From Aquificaceae bacterium (GTDB lineage Bacteria > Aquificota > Aquificia > Aquificales > Aquificaceae): DNA of 64,000 nucleotides. This document shows positions 56,273 to 64,000 of the stretch, piece by piece; within the stretch, counting starts at the first letter, position 1, and each line of letters begins with the position of its first letter. The stretch spans positions 1-64,000 of the forward strand of contig JAXSMZ010000003.1 of assembly GCA_037924335.1 (NCBI GenBank), given 5' to 3'. Both the position numbers and the translations under genes were made by a program. The notes under the pieces are model-generated. The model was not told the DNA's origin. It was given only the letters and a program-made list of their open reading frames with translations, and ran no database searches.

Positions 56273-57473
56273 GGGATAACCCTCTGAACGCGTTTCCATA
56301 CTCTACCTCCTTGACGAATATTTTATACAATCTTTCTGCCATAGATGGTTGCTTCCTTATCTCCTCAACAACGGAGTGTATGAGCCTTCTTACCGCCGGT
56401 TCCTTAGCCTCTAAGTCCTTCCACTCTTCCTTTATTCTTATTATGTAATCCTCCACGCTCAGGAGATGAAGCCATCTTATGAACTTTTCCACCTCGTCCC
56501 AAAGGATTATCTCCCCCTTTTCTTTTTCCTTTAACCTTTCCATAAGGTTTTTCTCCGCTATGCTTTTTAGGTCATCTATGTTATAAAGGAAAACCTCATC
56601 AAGCTCATCTATAGAAGGGTCTGCATTTCTTGGCACAGATATATCTATGATGAACATAGGGTTATATTTCCTGACCTTCATAGCCCTTTTTACTTCGTCT
56701 CTCTTTAGTATAAAATCCTTCGAACTTGTTGAAAGGATCACTATATCGAATTCGCTTATATATTCAGAGATGCCTTCAAACCTAAGAGCATGCCCATCAA
56801 GCCTTTGCGCAAGTTCTACAGCCCTTTCGTAAGTTCTGTTTGTTATGAATATCTGAGCCTGAAACTTTTTCATGTACGTGGATGCAAGCTCTGCCATCTC
56901 ACCAGCACCAACAAGAAGTACCCTTGCCTTTTTCAGGTCTCCGAATATCTTCCTTGCAAGTTCAACGGCAACATAGCTTATGGAAACAGCGTTCTTGCTT
57001 ATACTCGTCTCCGTTCTTATCCTCTTTGCTGTTCTTAGAGCTTTCTCGTAGAGCCTGTTGAAGATCTTTCCCGTAGTTCCCACTTCTTTTGCTATTCTAA
57101 AGGCCTCTTTGAACTGTGATGTTATCTGAGTTTCCCCAACAACCATAGAATCAAGGCTTGAAGCAACGCTAAATATGTGAAGCAACGCCTCCCTTCCCTT
57201 CAAAAGGAAGGAGTGCTTCCACAGATCCATACTTACCCTTTTTATAGATAAAAAATCGTTTACGAGTTGACGCATAGAATCGTACCCATCCGTTCTTGAA
57301 TAGATCTCAACCCTGTTACAGGTGGAAAGGATAACAAGCTCCTTTATATCCCTTGTTGTTTTTAATGCTGGAAGCAGGTATTCTATCTCCTCCCTACTGC
57401 ATGCAACCCCTTCCCTAAACTCTATGGGTGCAGTCTTAAAGCTAAGACCCCATGCAAATATGCTCTCCATCAC
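56244..57473 (-). CDS. hemA: Glutamyl-tRNA reductase
   Basis: LSTCNRVE, SLDSMVVGETQI, GAGEMA, DISVPRN. Confidence 0.96.
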   Translation of the reverse strand: MMESIFAWGLSFKTAPIEFREGVACSREEIEYLLPALKTTRDIKELVILSTCNRVEIYSRTDGYDSMRQLVNDFLSIKRVSMDLWKHSFLLKGREALLHIFSVASSLDSMVVGETQITSQFKEAFRIAKEVGTTGKIFNRLYEKALRTAKRIRTETSISKNAVSISYVAVELARKIFGDLKKARVLLVGAGEMAELASTYMKKFQAQIFITNRTYERAVELAQRLDGHALRFEGISEYISEFDIVILSTSSKDFILKRDEVKRAMKVRKYNPMFIIDISVPRNADPSIDELDEVFLYNIDDLKSIAEKNLMERLKEKEKGEIILWDEVEKFIRWLHLLSVEDYIIRIKEEWKDLEAKEPAVRRLIHSVVEEIRKQPSMAERLYKIFVKEVEYGNAFRGLSHVYNRADGA

Positions 57474-57489
57474 ATAATAATATAATGCT

Positions 57490-58587
57490 ATGAGAAGGTT
57501 TTTTGAGAGCGTAAAGGATAAACTTTGGAGAGACTATAGCTGGCAGATTAAACATAGAATAAAAATAAGGGAAGAGCTTGAAAAGTACATAAAGCTTCTT
57601 CCAGAAGAGGTAGAGGGGATAGAGAGAACTAAAGGGCTATACCCAATGGCCATAACTCCTTACTACCTTTCTCTGGTGAACCCCGAAGACCCAAGAGACC
57701 CCATAAGACTTCAGGCTATTCCAAGGTACGAAGAAGTAGATAAAGAAATTCAAGAACTTGGAGACCCGGACCCCTTTAAGGAAGAGGGAGAAGTACCTGG
57801 GCTAACCCACAGGTATCCAGACAGGGCGATGATCACAGTTACAACCTTTTGTGCTGTCTACTGTAGACACTGTATGAGGAAAAGGATATTTTCCCATGGA
57901 GAAAGGTCAAGGACTAAGGAAGAACTATCAGTTATGGTAGATTACATAAAAAGGCATGATGAAATAAAGGATGTGCTCATATCAGGTGGTGAACCACTTT
58001 CTTTAAGCTACGAGAAGTTGGAGTTTCTTCTTTCTGAGCTGAGGAAAATAAAGCATTTGGAAATAATAAGGTTTGGAACGAGGTTGCCAGTCCTTACACC
58101 GCAGAGATTCTTTGACAACAAGCTCTTGGATATACTTGAAAAACATTCTCCAATATGGATAAACACCCATTTTAACCATCCAAAGGAGATAACTGAAGAA
58201 TCTCAGGAGGCCGTTGAGAATCTTCTGAGAAGGGGCATACCAATTAACAACCAGACAGTACTTCTTAAGGGTGTAAACGACGAGCCTCAAACTATGCTTG
58301 AACTTTTCAGAAGCTTGCTCAGGATAAAGGTAAAGCCTCAGTATCTCTTCCATTGCGACCCAATAAAGGGAGCCATACACTTCAGAACGAGTATAGAAAG
58401 GGGGATAGAGATAATGAGATATCTGATAGGGAGACTTTCCGGGATGGGCATACCCATATACGCAGTTGACTTACCTGGTGGAAAGGGAAAGGTACCCATA
58501 ATGCCCAACTATATACTCAAAAGGGATGGGAACAGATATACATTCTTAAGCCCATTGGGAGGTACCGTAGATTATGAAGTTGTTTGA
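57490..58587 (+). CDS. KamA/EpmB-family lysine 2,3-aminomutase-like radical SAM protein
   Basis: LTHRYPDR, CAVYCRHCMR, SGGEPL, HFNHP, NQTVLLKGVND, PGGKGK. Confidence 0.92.
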   Translation: MRRFFESVKDKLWRDYSWQIKHRIKIREELEKYIKLLPEEVEGIERTKGLYPMAITPYYLSLVNPEDPRDPIRLQAIPRYEEVDKEIQELGDPDPFKEEGEVPGLTHRYPDRAMITVTTFCAVYCRHCMRKRIFSHGERSRTKEELSVMVDYIKRHDEIKDVLISGGEPLSLSYEKLEFLLSELRKIKHLEIIRFGTRLPVLTPQRFFDNKLLDILEKHSPIWINTHFNHPKEITEESQEAVENLLRRGIPINNQTVLLKGVNDEPQTMLELFRSLLRIKVKPQYLFHCDPIKGAIHFRTSIERGIEIMRYLIGRLSGMGIPIYAVDLPGGKGKVPIMPNYILKRDGNRYTFLSPLGGTVDYEVV

Positions 58588-59368
58588 TAGTATAAAACTT
58601 GGGTTTAAAGCCCTTTACCTTTCTGTGTACGAAGGCTATACCTACCACGCTGCTTCGCTTACTTATAACTTTCTTATGGTTCTTGGCTCCTTGGCTCTCT
58701 TTTTCAACTTCATAGCTTCCTTCTTACCCTTTTTTGATTTTGATAGGCTTGCAGGCTACTTTTCTCGCTCCTTCCCCGAGCAGGCAGGAGGCATGATCCT
58801 TAAGATATTTGAGATATACGAACATAGAGTGTCTGGCTCCATAATATCTGTTCTGATAGCCTACTTTTTTTCCGTTGGATTTTCTAAATCAATACACAGG
58901 GCCTTCTTGTACGTACTCTCCCAAGCTTACAGAGAGAAGGAATACACTTTTTGGATAAAGACACCCCTGCTTATAGTTGCTTATACTTTTGTCCTCTCCT
59001 TCATCTTTCTGCTTATGTCTGTTATAAAGTATTACTTGATAGGCTTTTTTAGCTATGTGTTCTATGTTGTAAACTTCCTATCTCTCTGGCTCGTTATTTT
59101 CCTTGTGTACTATCTTTTTCTTCCTCTTGGGTTTAATGTACTTTATCTTTCCCAAGGTGCTTTTTTTGTATCTATAAGCTTCTTTTTCCTCAACAAGATA
59201 TTCACTTTGTTTGTAGTTAAAATAATACTCCTGAATCCTCTGTATGGTTTGATGGGTTCTGTTCTGCTCTTTTTGATATGGTTAAACCTATCCTTCACTG
59301 TTCTCCTTGCCGGAGTCAAGTACGTACAGCTAATCGAAAAGGAAGAAAAGAATAACTGCGTTTACTAA
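58574..59368 (+). CDS. YihY/BrkB-family membrane protein
   Basis: AASLTY, about 6 TM helices, YG..GSV..FL.WL. Confidence 0.8.
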   Translation: MKLFDSIKLGFKALYLSVYEGYTYHAASLTYNFLMVLGSLALFFNFIASFLPFFDFDRLAGYFSRSFPEQAGGMILKIFEIYEHRVSGSIISVLIAYFFSVGFSKSIHRAFLYVLSQAYREKEYTFWIKTPLLIVAYTFVLSFIFLLMSVIKYYLIGFFSYVFYVVNFLSLWLVIFLVYYLFLPLGFNVLYLSQGAFFVSISFFFLNKIFTLFVVKIILLNPLYGLMGSVLLFLIWLNLSFTVLLAGVKYVQLIEKEEKNNCVY

Positions 59369-59761
59369 GCCAGAGACTGCATCATCTGCCACAACGCCAT
59401 GTCCCTTTGGCAGTCTCTCAAAAAGCTTTATGGGATAAGGTTTTACAATATCAAGAACACGGAAAGTTATAAAACCAACGAGGATTGTCTTTATGGTTGG
59501 TTCCACAAACATGTAAGAGAGGAAGTATCCGAGAACTTCATCTATAACTACCTCTTCTGGATCCCTTTCTTTTGTCATATCTATCATATAGTTAGAAGAC
59601 CAAAGGGCCAAAAGGTAAAGGAATATTCCAAGGGTAAACACCACCCACCATTTGAAAGCAAAGAGGTAAACTAATGGTATACCCAAAAGAGTTCCAAAGC
59701 TGCCTGGTGCGTACTTCATTCTTCCAACGTAAAAACCAGTTGCTATAAGTTCTTCAAGCAT
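59330..59761 (-). CDS. pgpA: Phosphatidylglycerophosphatase A
   Basis: APGSFGT, DP.EVVIDEV.G, FR..DI.KP.P, GV.ADD. Confidence 0.93.
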   Translation of the reverse strand: MLEELIATGFYVGRMKYAPGSFGTLLGIPLVYLFAFKWWVVFTLGIFLYLLALWSSNYMIDMTKERDPEEVVIDEVLGYFLSYMFVEPTIKTILVGFITFRVLDIVKPYPIKLFERLPKGHGVVADDAVSGLVNAVILFFLFD

Positions 59762-59787
59762 GTTAGAATATTATACGGAGGTTTTGG

Positions 59788-60228
59788 ATGGATATACAGC
59801 AGGCTCTTTATCCAAACTACACCCTTTTTATACAGGCAGGTCTGTTTCTCCTCTTTATGTTTCTTGTAAACTATATTTTTGTCAAGCCATACTCAAAGGT
59901 CATAGAAGAAAGGGAGAGAATAACGGAAAAAAATTACGAAGAAGCCAAAGCTCTAAGGGAAGAAGCTTCTAAGCTTCTTTCGGAAGCATCAAAGATACTT
60001 GAGGAAGGAAAAAGGGAATCAAACGCTGTATTGGAGAAAGCAAGGAAGGAAGCGGAGAAAATGAAGGAAGAAATAATAGCGCGTGCGGAAGGAGAAGCAC
60101 AGGAAGAGATCACAAGGGCTGTTAATGAGCTTAGAAGGACGCTGGAGGAGGAGAAGAAGAAGCTAAAGGATAGGATAGAGGATGTGGCAAGGCTCATAAG
60201 GGACAAGCTCTTGGAGGAAGCGGCATGA
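59788..60228 (+). CDS. atpF: ATP synthase F0 subunit b'
   Basis: N-terminal TM followed by KP...IEER coiled coil; upstream of b and delta. Confidence 0.85.
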   Translation: MDIQQALYPNYTLFIQAGLFLLFMFLVNYIFVKPYSKVIEERERITEKNYEEAKALREEASKLLSEASKILEEGKRESNAVLEKARKEAEKMKEEIIARAEGEAQEEITRAVNELRRTLEEEKKKLKDRIEDVARLIRDKLLEEAA

Positions 60229-60731
60229 CAGAAGGAGGACACCACACCATAGAGCTCTTATGGAAAGGTTTTAACATACTGCTTTTATTGGGTATAGTTT
60301 ACTTTTTTGCACGTAGGCCCGTATCCGAGGCTTTTGGTAAGTACTTTATAGGTTTAACGGAAAGGTTAAACCATTCTGAGAAGGAGCTTGAATCCGCCAA
60401 ACAGGACCTCAATAAGGCAAAATTTGAGTATGAGGATGCTCAAAGAAGGTACAAAGAACAGATAAGATTGGCTGAGGAAACAGCCGACTACATCAAGGAG
60501 GAAGAGATAAAAAAGGCTCAGGACATGGCAGATAGGATAAAAGAAAAAGCTAAAGAGGTGATAGAGATAGAAACAAAGAAAGCAAAAGAAGAATTGGTAC
60601 GCTATGGTATGGAGGAGGCAAAGTATGTGTCTGCAAGAATGCTTGAAGAGGCCTTTAAGGACCCTCAAATTCAAAGAAGGTACATAGAAAAGTCTATAAG
60701 AAAAATGGAGGAAGCATGCAAAAGAACGTAG
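60225..60731 (+). CDS. atpF: ATP synthase F0 subunit b
   Basis: LWK.FN...L...YFFA.RP TM followed by a coiled coil. Confidence 0.85.
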   Translation: MTEGGHHTIELLWKGFNILLLLGIVYFFARRPVSEAFGKYFIGLTERLNHSEKELESAKQDLNKAKFEYEDAQRRYKEQIRLAEETADYIKEEEIKKAQDMADRIKEKAKEVIEIETKKAKEELVRYGMEEAKYVSARMLEEAFKDPQIQRRYIEKSIRKMEEACKRT

Positions 60732-61252
60732 ACCTTGCAAGGAAGTTAGCCAAAAAGCTCATAAGCAGCCTTCCCAAGGAGAAAAAGACCATGGTCCAAG
60801 CTTCTGACTTCTTGGACCTTTTATCAAAGCTCTACAGAAGGGAAAAAGAGTTTAGGGATTTTATGCTCAACCCTCTTATACCTGTTGACAAAAAGAAGGC
60901 TTACATGGAAAACCTAAGGGGAAAGTTTGGTCTAACCAAGGACATAGATAAGGTTATGCACTTACTTGTGGAGGTTGGAGCCTTCCCAATGATAGAAGAG
61001 ATAAAGAGATTATACGACCGTGAGATGGAAAACCTTCTTAAGTTGGCCAAAGCATACCTTTTTCTTGCGAAGGATGCAGATATGGTTCAGGTTGAAAGGA
61101 TAAAGAATGTTCTCAGTAAGCTTGTTGGAAGGGACCTTGAGTTTGAAGTTAGAGAGGACCCTTCGCTGATCGGTGGCTTTGTTGTGAAAACAGCCAGCTT
61201 TGTGTTGGATACTTCTGTAAAAAGGAACCTTGAAAAGGTATTGAGGGAATGA
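60716..61252 (+). CDS. atpH: ATP synthase F1 subunit delta
   Basis: NPLIP..KK, DPSLIGG.VV...VLD.SVK..L. Confidence 0.9.
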   Translation: MQKNVDLARKLAKKLISSLPKEKKTMVQASDFLDLLSKLYRREKEFRDFMLNPLIPVDKKKAYMENLRGKFGLTKDIDKVMHLLVEVGAFPMIEEIKRLYDREMENLLKLAKAYLFLAKDADMVQVERIKNVLSKLVGRDLEFEVREDPSLIGGFVVKTASFVLDTSVKRNLEKVLRE

Positions 61253-61677
61253 GCATGGAAAGGACATTGGTAATAATAAAGCCCGATGCTTTCGAAATGG
61301 GTGCCACTGGAAAGATAATAGATATATTCCTGTCACAAGGACTTAGCTTGAGAGCTATGAAGCTCCTTAGGTTTACCAAAGAGCAGGCAGAGAACTTTTA
61401 CATAGTGCATAGAGAGAGGAGTTTTTACAGAGAGCTTGTGGATTTTATGACATCTGGTCCAATAGTGGCATGCATATTGGAAGGGGAAAATGCTATAAAA
61501 AGAGTGAGGGACCTGATAGGTCCAACGGATAGCCAGGAAGCAAGAAAAACAGCTCCAAACTCTATAAGGGCTCTCTTTGGTACAGACAAAGGGAAAAATG
61601 CCATACATGCCTCGGATTCAAAGGAATCTGCAGATTACGAGATACCCTTTGTATTTTCCCAGCTTGAAATAGTATGA
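61249..61677 (+). CDS. ndk: Nucleoside-diphosphate kinase
   Basis: ERTLVIIKPD, FMTSGP, R.LIGPT, NAIHASDS. Confidence 0.97.
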   Translation: MSMERTLVIIKPDAFEMGATGKIIDIFLSQGLSLRAMKLLRFTKEQAENFYIVHRERSFYRELVDFMTSGPIVACILEGENAIKRVRDLIGPTDSQEARKTAPNSIRALFGTDKGKNAIHASDSKESADYEIPFVFSQLEIV

Positions 61678-61722
61678 TGGATCCCTCTTCTCCTTTGGAA
61701 TGGTCTCTTAAATTTAAAAACC

Positions 61723-62577
61723 ATGGAGTATATGAGAGTTTTTTTAAACACCTTCTATGGTTATGCCGTAGAGATAGTACCTTACTTTGTTCTGGCAGCG
61801 CTGATAACTTCCATAATACAAACCTATGTGAGCCTTTCCTGGTTGAGGAAGGCATTAAAGAATGAAAAGACAGCGCCTATCTTTACCGGTTTTTTAGGTG
61901 GTTTACTTCCTGTCTGTTCCTGTTCTATGATACCAGTAGCTAACCTTATAAACAACTTTTCAAGGACGTACGCACCAGTTCTAGCTTTTTTGGTCGTTGC
62001 TCCAGTGGTCTCTCCTATAACTGTAACGCTCACCTTTGCTTTCTTTGGACTTGAGATGACGCTTTTCAGAGTTTTTGGCGTGTTTCTTTTTGCTATACTT
62101 TTAGCTTACAGCGTAGGTATGTTCTATAAAAAGGAAAGAGCAATACCTCTTCTTGGAGGATTCAGCGGTACGGAGAGTAAAGGTAATGTTTTTTTAAAAT
62201 CCTTTAAATTCACTCTTTTATCAACTGGTAAGTACCTACTGTTGGGAATATTTATAGCAGCCCTGATAAAAGCCTTTCTGCCAATGGAGCTTGTCAGCTA
62301 TGTAGCAGGCACACCCCTTTCTTATCCTCTCATAGCTCTTGTTTCTGTACCTGTATATGTTTGTTCTGGGGAGGATGTACCCATAGCAAAGGCTCTTTTG
62401 CAGGTAGGTTTCACTCATGGAAACGCACTCACCTTCATGCTTGGTGGCAGTGGCATATGCGTACCAACGATATTGGCCACAATGAGCTTTTTACCCAAGA
62501 GGATAGTTCTTGTGTACACCGTTTCTTGTTTTTTTATGTCGTGGTTAGCGGGTCTCTTGTTCGATCTATTGTTTTAG
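61723..62577 (+). CDS. ArsP/DUF318-family permease
   Basis: PVCSCS.IP and YVCS..D.P motifs, about 8 TM helices. Confidence 0.85.
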   Translation: MEYMRVFLNTFYGYAVEIVPYFVLAALITSIIQTYVSLSWLRKALKNEKTAPIFTGFLGGLLPVCSCSMIPVANLINNFSRTYAPVLAFLVVAPVVSPITVTLTFAFFGLEMTLFRVFGVFLFAILLAYSVGMFYKKERAIPLLGGFSGTESKGNVFLKSFKFTLLSTGKYLLLGIFIAALIKAFLPMELVSYVAGTPLSYPLIALVSVPVYVCSGEDVPIAKALLQVGFTHGNALTFMLGGSGICVPTILATMSFLPKRIVLVYTVSCFFMSWLAGLLFDLLF

Positions 62578-62608
62578 TATATACTATATTGTAAAATAGG
62601 AGGGAAAA

Positions 62609-62962
62609 ATGGACAAGTATATGCAGGTGCTTCAGGAGCTCATAAAAAGCAGCGGGTTAGAAGGTGCTTCTTTATTTTCTGCTGATGGACTTCCCATATC
62701 CTCTGTTCTCAAGCCTGGCTTTGAAGAGGATAGATTGGCTGCCATGAGTGCTGCCATTCTATCCCTAGGTGAGAGAGTTTCAGAAGAGTTAGCAAAAGGT
62801 ACGCTTGAGCAGATAACTATTAAGGGGCACAATGGGTACGTCATTCTAACTGGCGTTGGTCAGGACGCTGTTATGGTAGTGCTTGCTGACAATAACGCCA
62901 AGTTAGGGCTTTTGCTCATGGAGATAAAGAAAGCCCAACAAAAGTTGAAAGAGATGATATAA
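62609..62962 (+). CDS. Roadblock/LC7 (MglB-like) protein
   Basis: SADGLPI.S...EDRLAAMSAA...G.LEQ..I.G..GY...A.LGL. Confidence 0.92.
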   Translation: MDKYMQVLQELIKSSGLEGASLFSADGLPISSVLKPGFEEDRLAAMSAAILSLGERVSEELAKGTLEQITIKGHNGYVILTGVGQDAVMVVLADNNAKLGLLLMEIKKAQQKLKEMI

Positions 62963-63655
62963 ATGGTTCTCACTGGTGACCTTAGCACCTTTAGCTTTGT
63001 GGATATATTTCAAGTACTTGCAAAGGACAGGAAGAGCGGTATTCTGATCATAGAATGGCAGGATTTTACAGTATCTTATTACGTTAAGGACGGAGAGATA
63101 GTCTTTGCAAGACCCGTAGACAGAATATTTAGAGTTTATGCAGAGAGAGATTTTGACCATCTTATAGATAAGCTGAGGATATCAAAGGAGAACCTTCCAA
63201 AGACTGTAGAGATATTTCTTATAAACAGGTTGGATGCTAAGGATGGTATTTTTTCTTTCACACCAGGTTTTATAAGCTATAACTCCGAGTTACCCATTAA
63301 ATACCCAATAGAAAAGCTCATAATGTATGCTTCGAGACTTCTGAGTCCTGAGGAGGTTGAGAGAAAGATATCCGATGAGATGCTTGTGTTTGAAAGTCTT
63401 CCAAATAACACAGGGAAAAAGGAAAGAGCTGAGCTATCGCAGGAGGAGAGTAAAGTTCTGTCGCTCGTTGACGGTGAAAGAAATGTTTTAGACATAAGGC
63501 GTCAATCTGGACTTGATAATCTCACAGTGGACAGGGCCTTGTACGGTTTTTTAGCGTTGGGTGTAATAAGAAGGAAGAAAAGGGAAAGGAAGCAAAAGCC
63601 ATCTATAACCCTTGAGCTACTTGCCAAGATCATTGAGAAGATAAAGGGGATGTAA
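62963..63655 (+). CDS. DUF4388 (PatA_N-like) protein with C-terminal wHTH-like segment
   Basis: L.GDL..FS..DI.Q.L...RKSG.L.I...Y..DGEIV.A; LS.EE.KVL.LVDG.R.V.DI. Confidence 0.85.
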   Translation: MVLTGDLSTFSFVDIFQVLAKDRKSGILIIEWQDFTVSYYVKDGEIVFARPVDRIFRVYAERDFDHLIDKLRISKENLPKTVEIFLINRLDAKDGIFSFTPGFISYNSELPIKYPIEKLIMYASRLLSPEEVERKISDEMLVFESLPNNTGKKERAELSQEESKVLSLVDGERNVLDIRRQSGLDNLTVDRALYGFLALGVIRRKKRERKQKPSITLELLAKIIEKIKGM

Positions 63656-64000
63656 TGAAGGCCATAAAGAAGATAAAGATAGTTATAGCCGGACCTTTCG
63701 CTGCAGGTAAGACACAGTTTATAAACACGGTGAGTGATATAAAGACGGTGAAAACAGAAAGAAAAACGAGCTTATCTGGGGAGAAAGGTATAAAGGACCA
63801 TACCACTGTAGCCATGGATTTTGGGAAGATAAAGATAGATGATGAGCATGAGCTTTACCTTTTTGGTACCCCTGGACAGTCCAGGTTTGACTTTATGTGG
63901 GATATACTAGGGGAGGGTGCTCTTGGTATCATACTTCTGGTTGATAGCAGAGACCCATCAACTTTTAACGAGGCGAGAAGGATAATAAACTTCTTCCAAT
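63655..64000 (+). CDS. MglA-like small GTPase (5' part, truncated by the window edge)
   Basis: Hand translation from ATG 63655: KIVIAGPFAAGKT...TTVAMDFG...LYLFGTPGQSRFDFMWD. Confidence 0.9.
   Translation, partial: MKAIKKIKIVIAGPFAAGKTQFINTVSDIKTVKTERKTSLSGEKGIKDHTTVAMDFGKIKIDDEHELYLFGTPGQSRFDFMWDILGEGALGIILLVDSRDPSTFNEARRIINFFQ

Noticed and set aside
1194..63815. Many 60-180 aa antisense or alternate-frame ORFs in the track (e.g. 15707-16216, 36235-36777, 42279-42815, 55128-55580)
   Set aside because: They lie within well-supported genes and show no motifs or translation signals; treated as shadow ORFs.
1..64000. CRISPR array, prophage, rRNA or defence island
   Set aside because: By eye I saw no spaced direct repeats, phage genes, integrase or rRNA-like sequence. 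The helicase and nucleases sit in housekeeping contexts.

Overview
Gene-dense bacterial chromosome segment, probably Aquificae (Hydrogenobacter/Thermocrinis-like). This is inferred from the split LeuRS alpha subunit, the scattered operons and tRNA genes lacking a full CCA. Most of the window is housekeeping: panB, leuS, hemB, murI, rbfA, der, cysM, sodB, dtd, speE, galE, rseP, tal, hemG, thiGS, proA, acpS, sfsA, pncA, murA, hemA, atpF'FH, ndk, tRNA-His and tRNA-Arg. The main find is at 44.6-50.7 kb. A NifA with the O2-sensing Cys motif sits divergent from a translationally coupled operon: MoaD-like protein, ferredoxin, AOR-family oxidoreductase, a NifS-like protein lacking the PLP lysine, and a NifV-like homocitrate synthase. 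The roughly 130 bp between them holds two back-to-back sigma54 promoters and two tandem TGT-N10-ACA sites. Other notable items: a candidate ~85-nt C-rich sRNA with its own promoter and terminator (52.77-52.85 kb); a strongly expressed secreted protein (possible S-layer) beside T2SS pseudopilin, GspF and Wzt genes; repeated palindromic bidirectional -10 elements that suggest leaderless mRNAs; an internally deleted IS982-like remnant; a helicase-dead PriA; a Hel308-like helicase; a 57-aa ORF missed by the ORF track; and an MglB-DUF4388-MglA module at the right edge. All family calls come from motif recognition by eye; no database searches were run.
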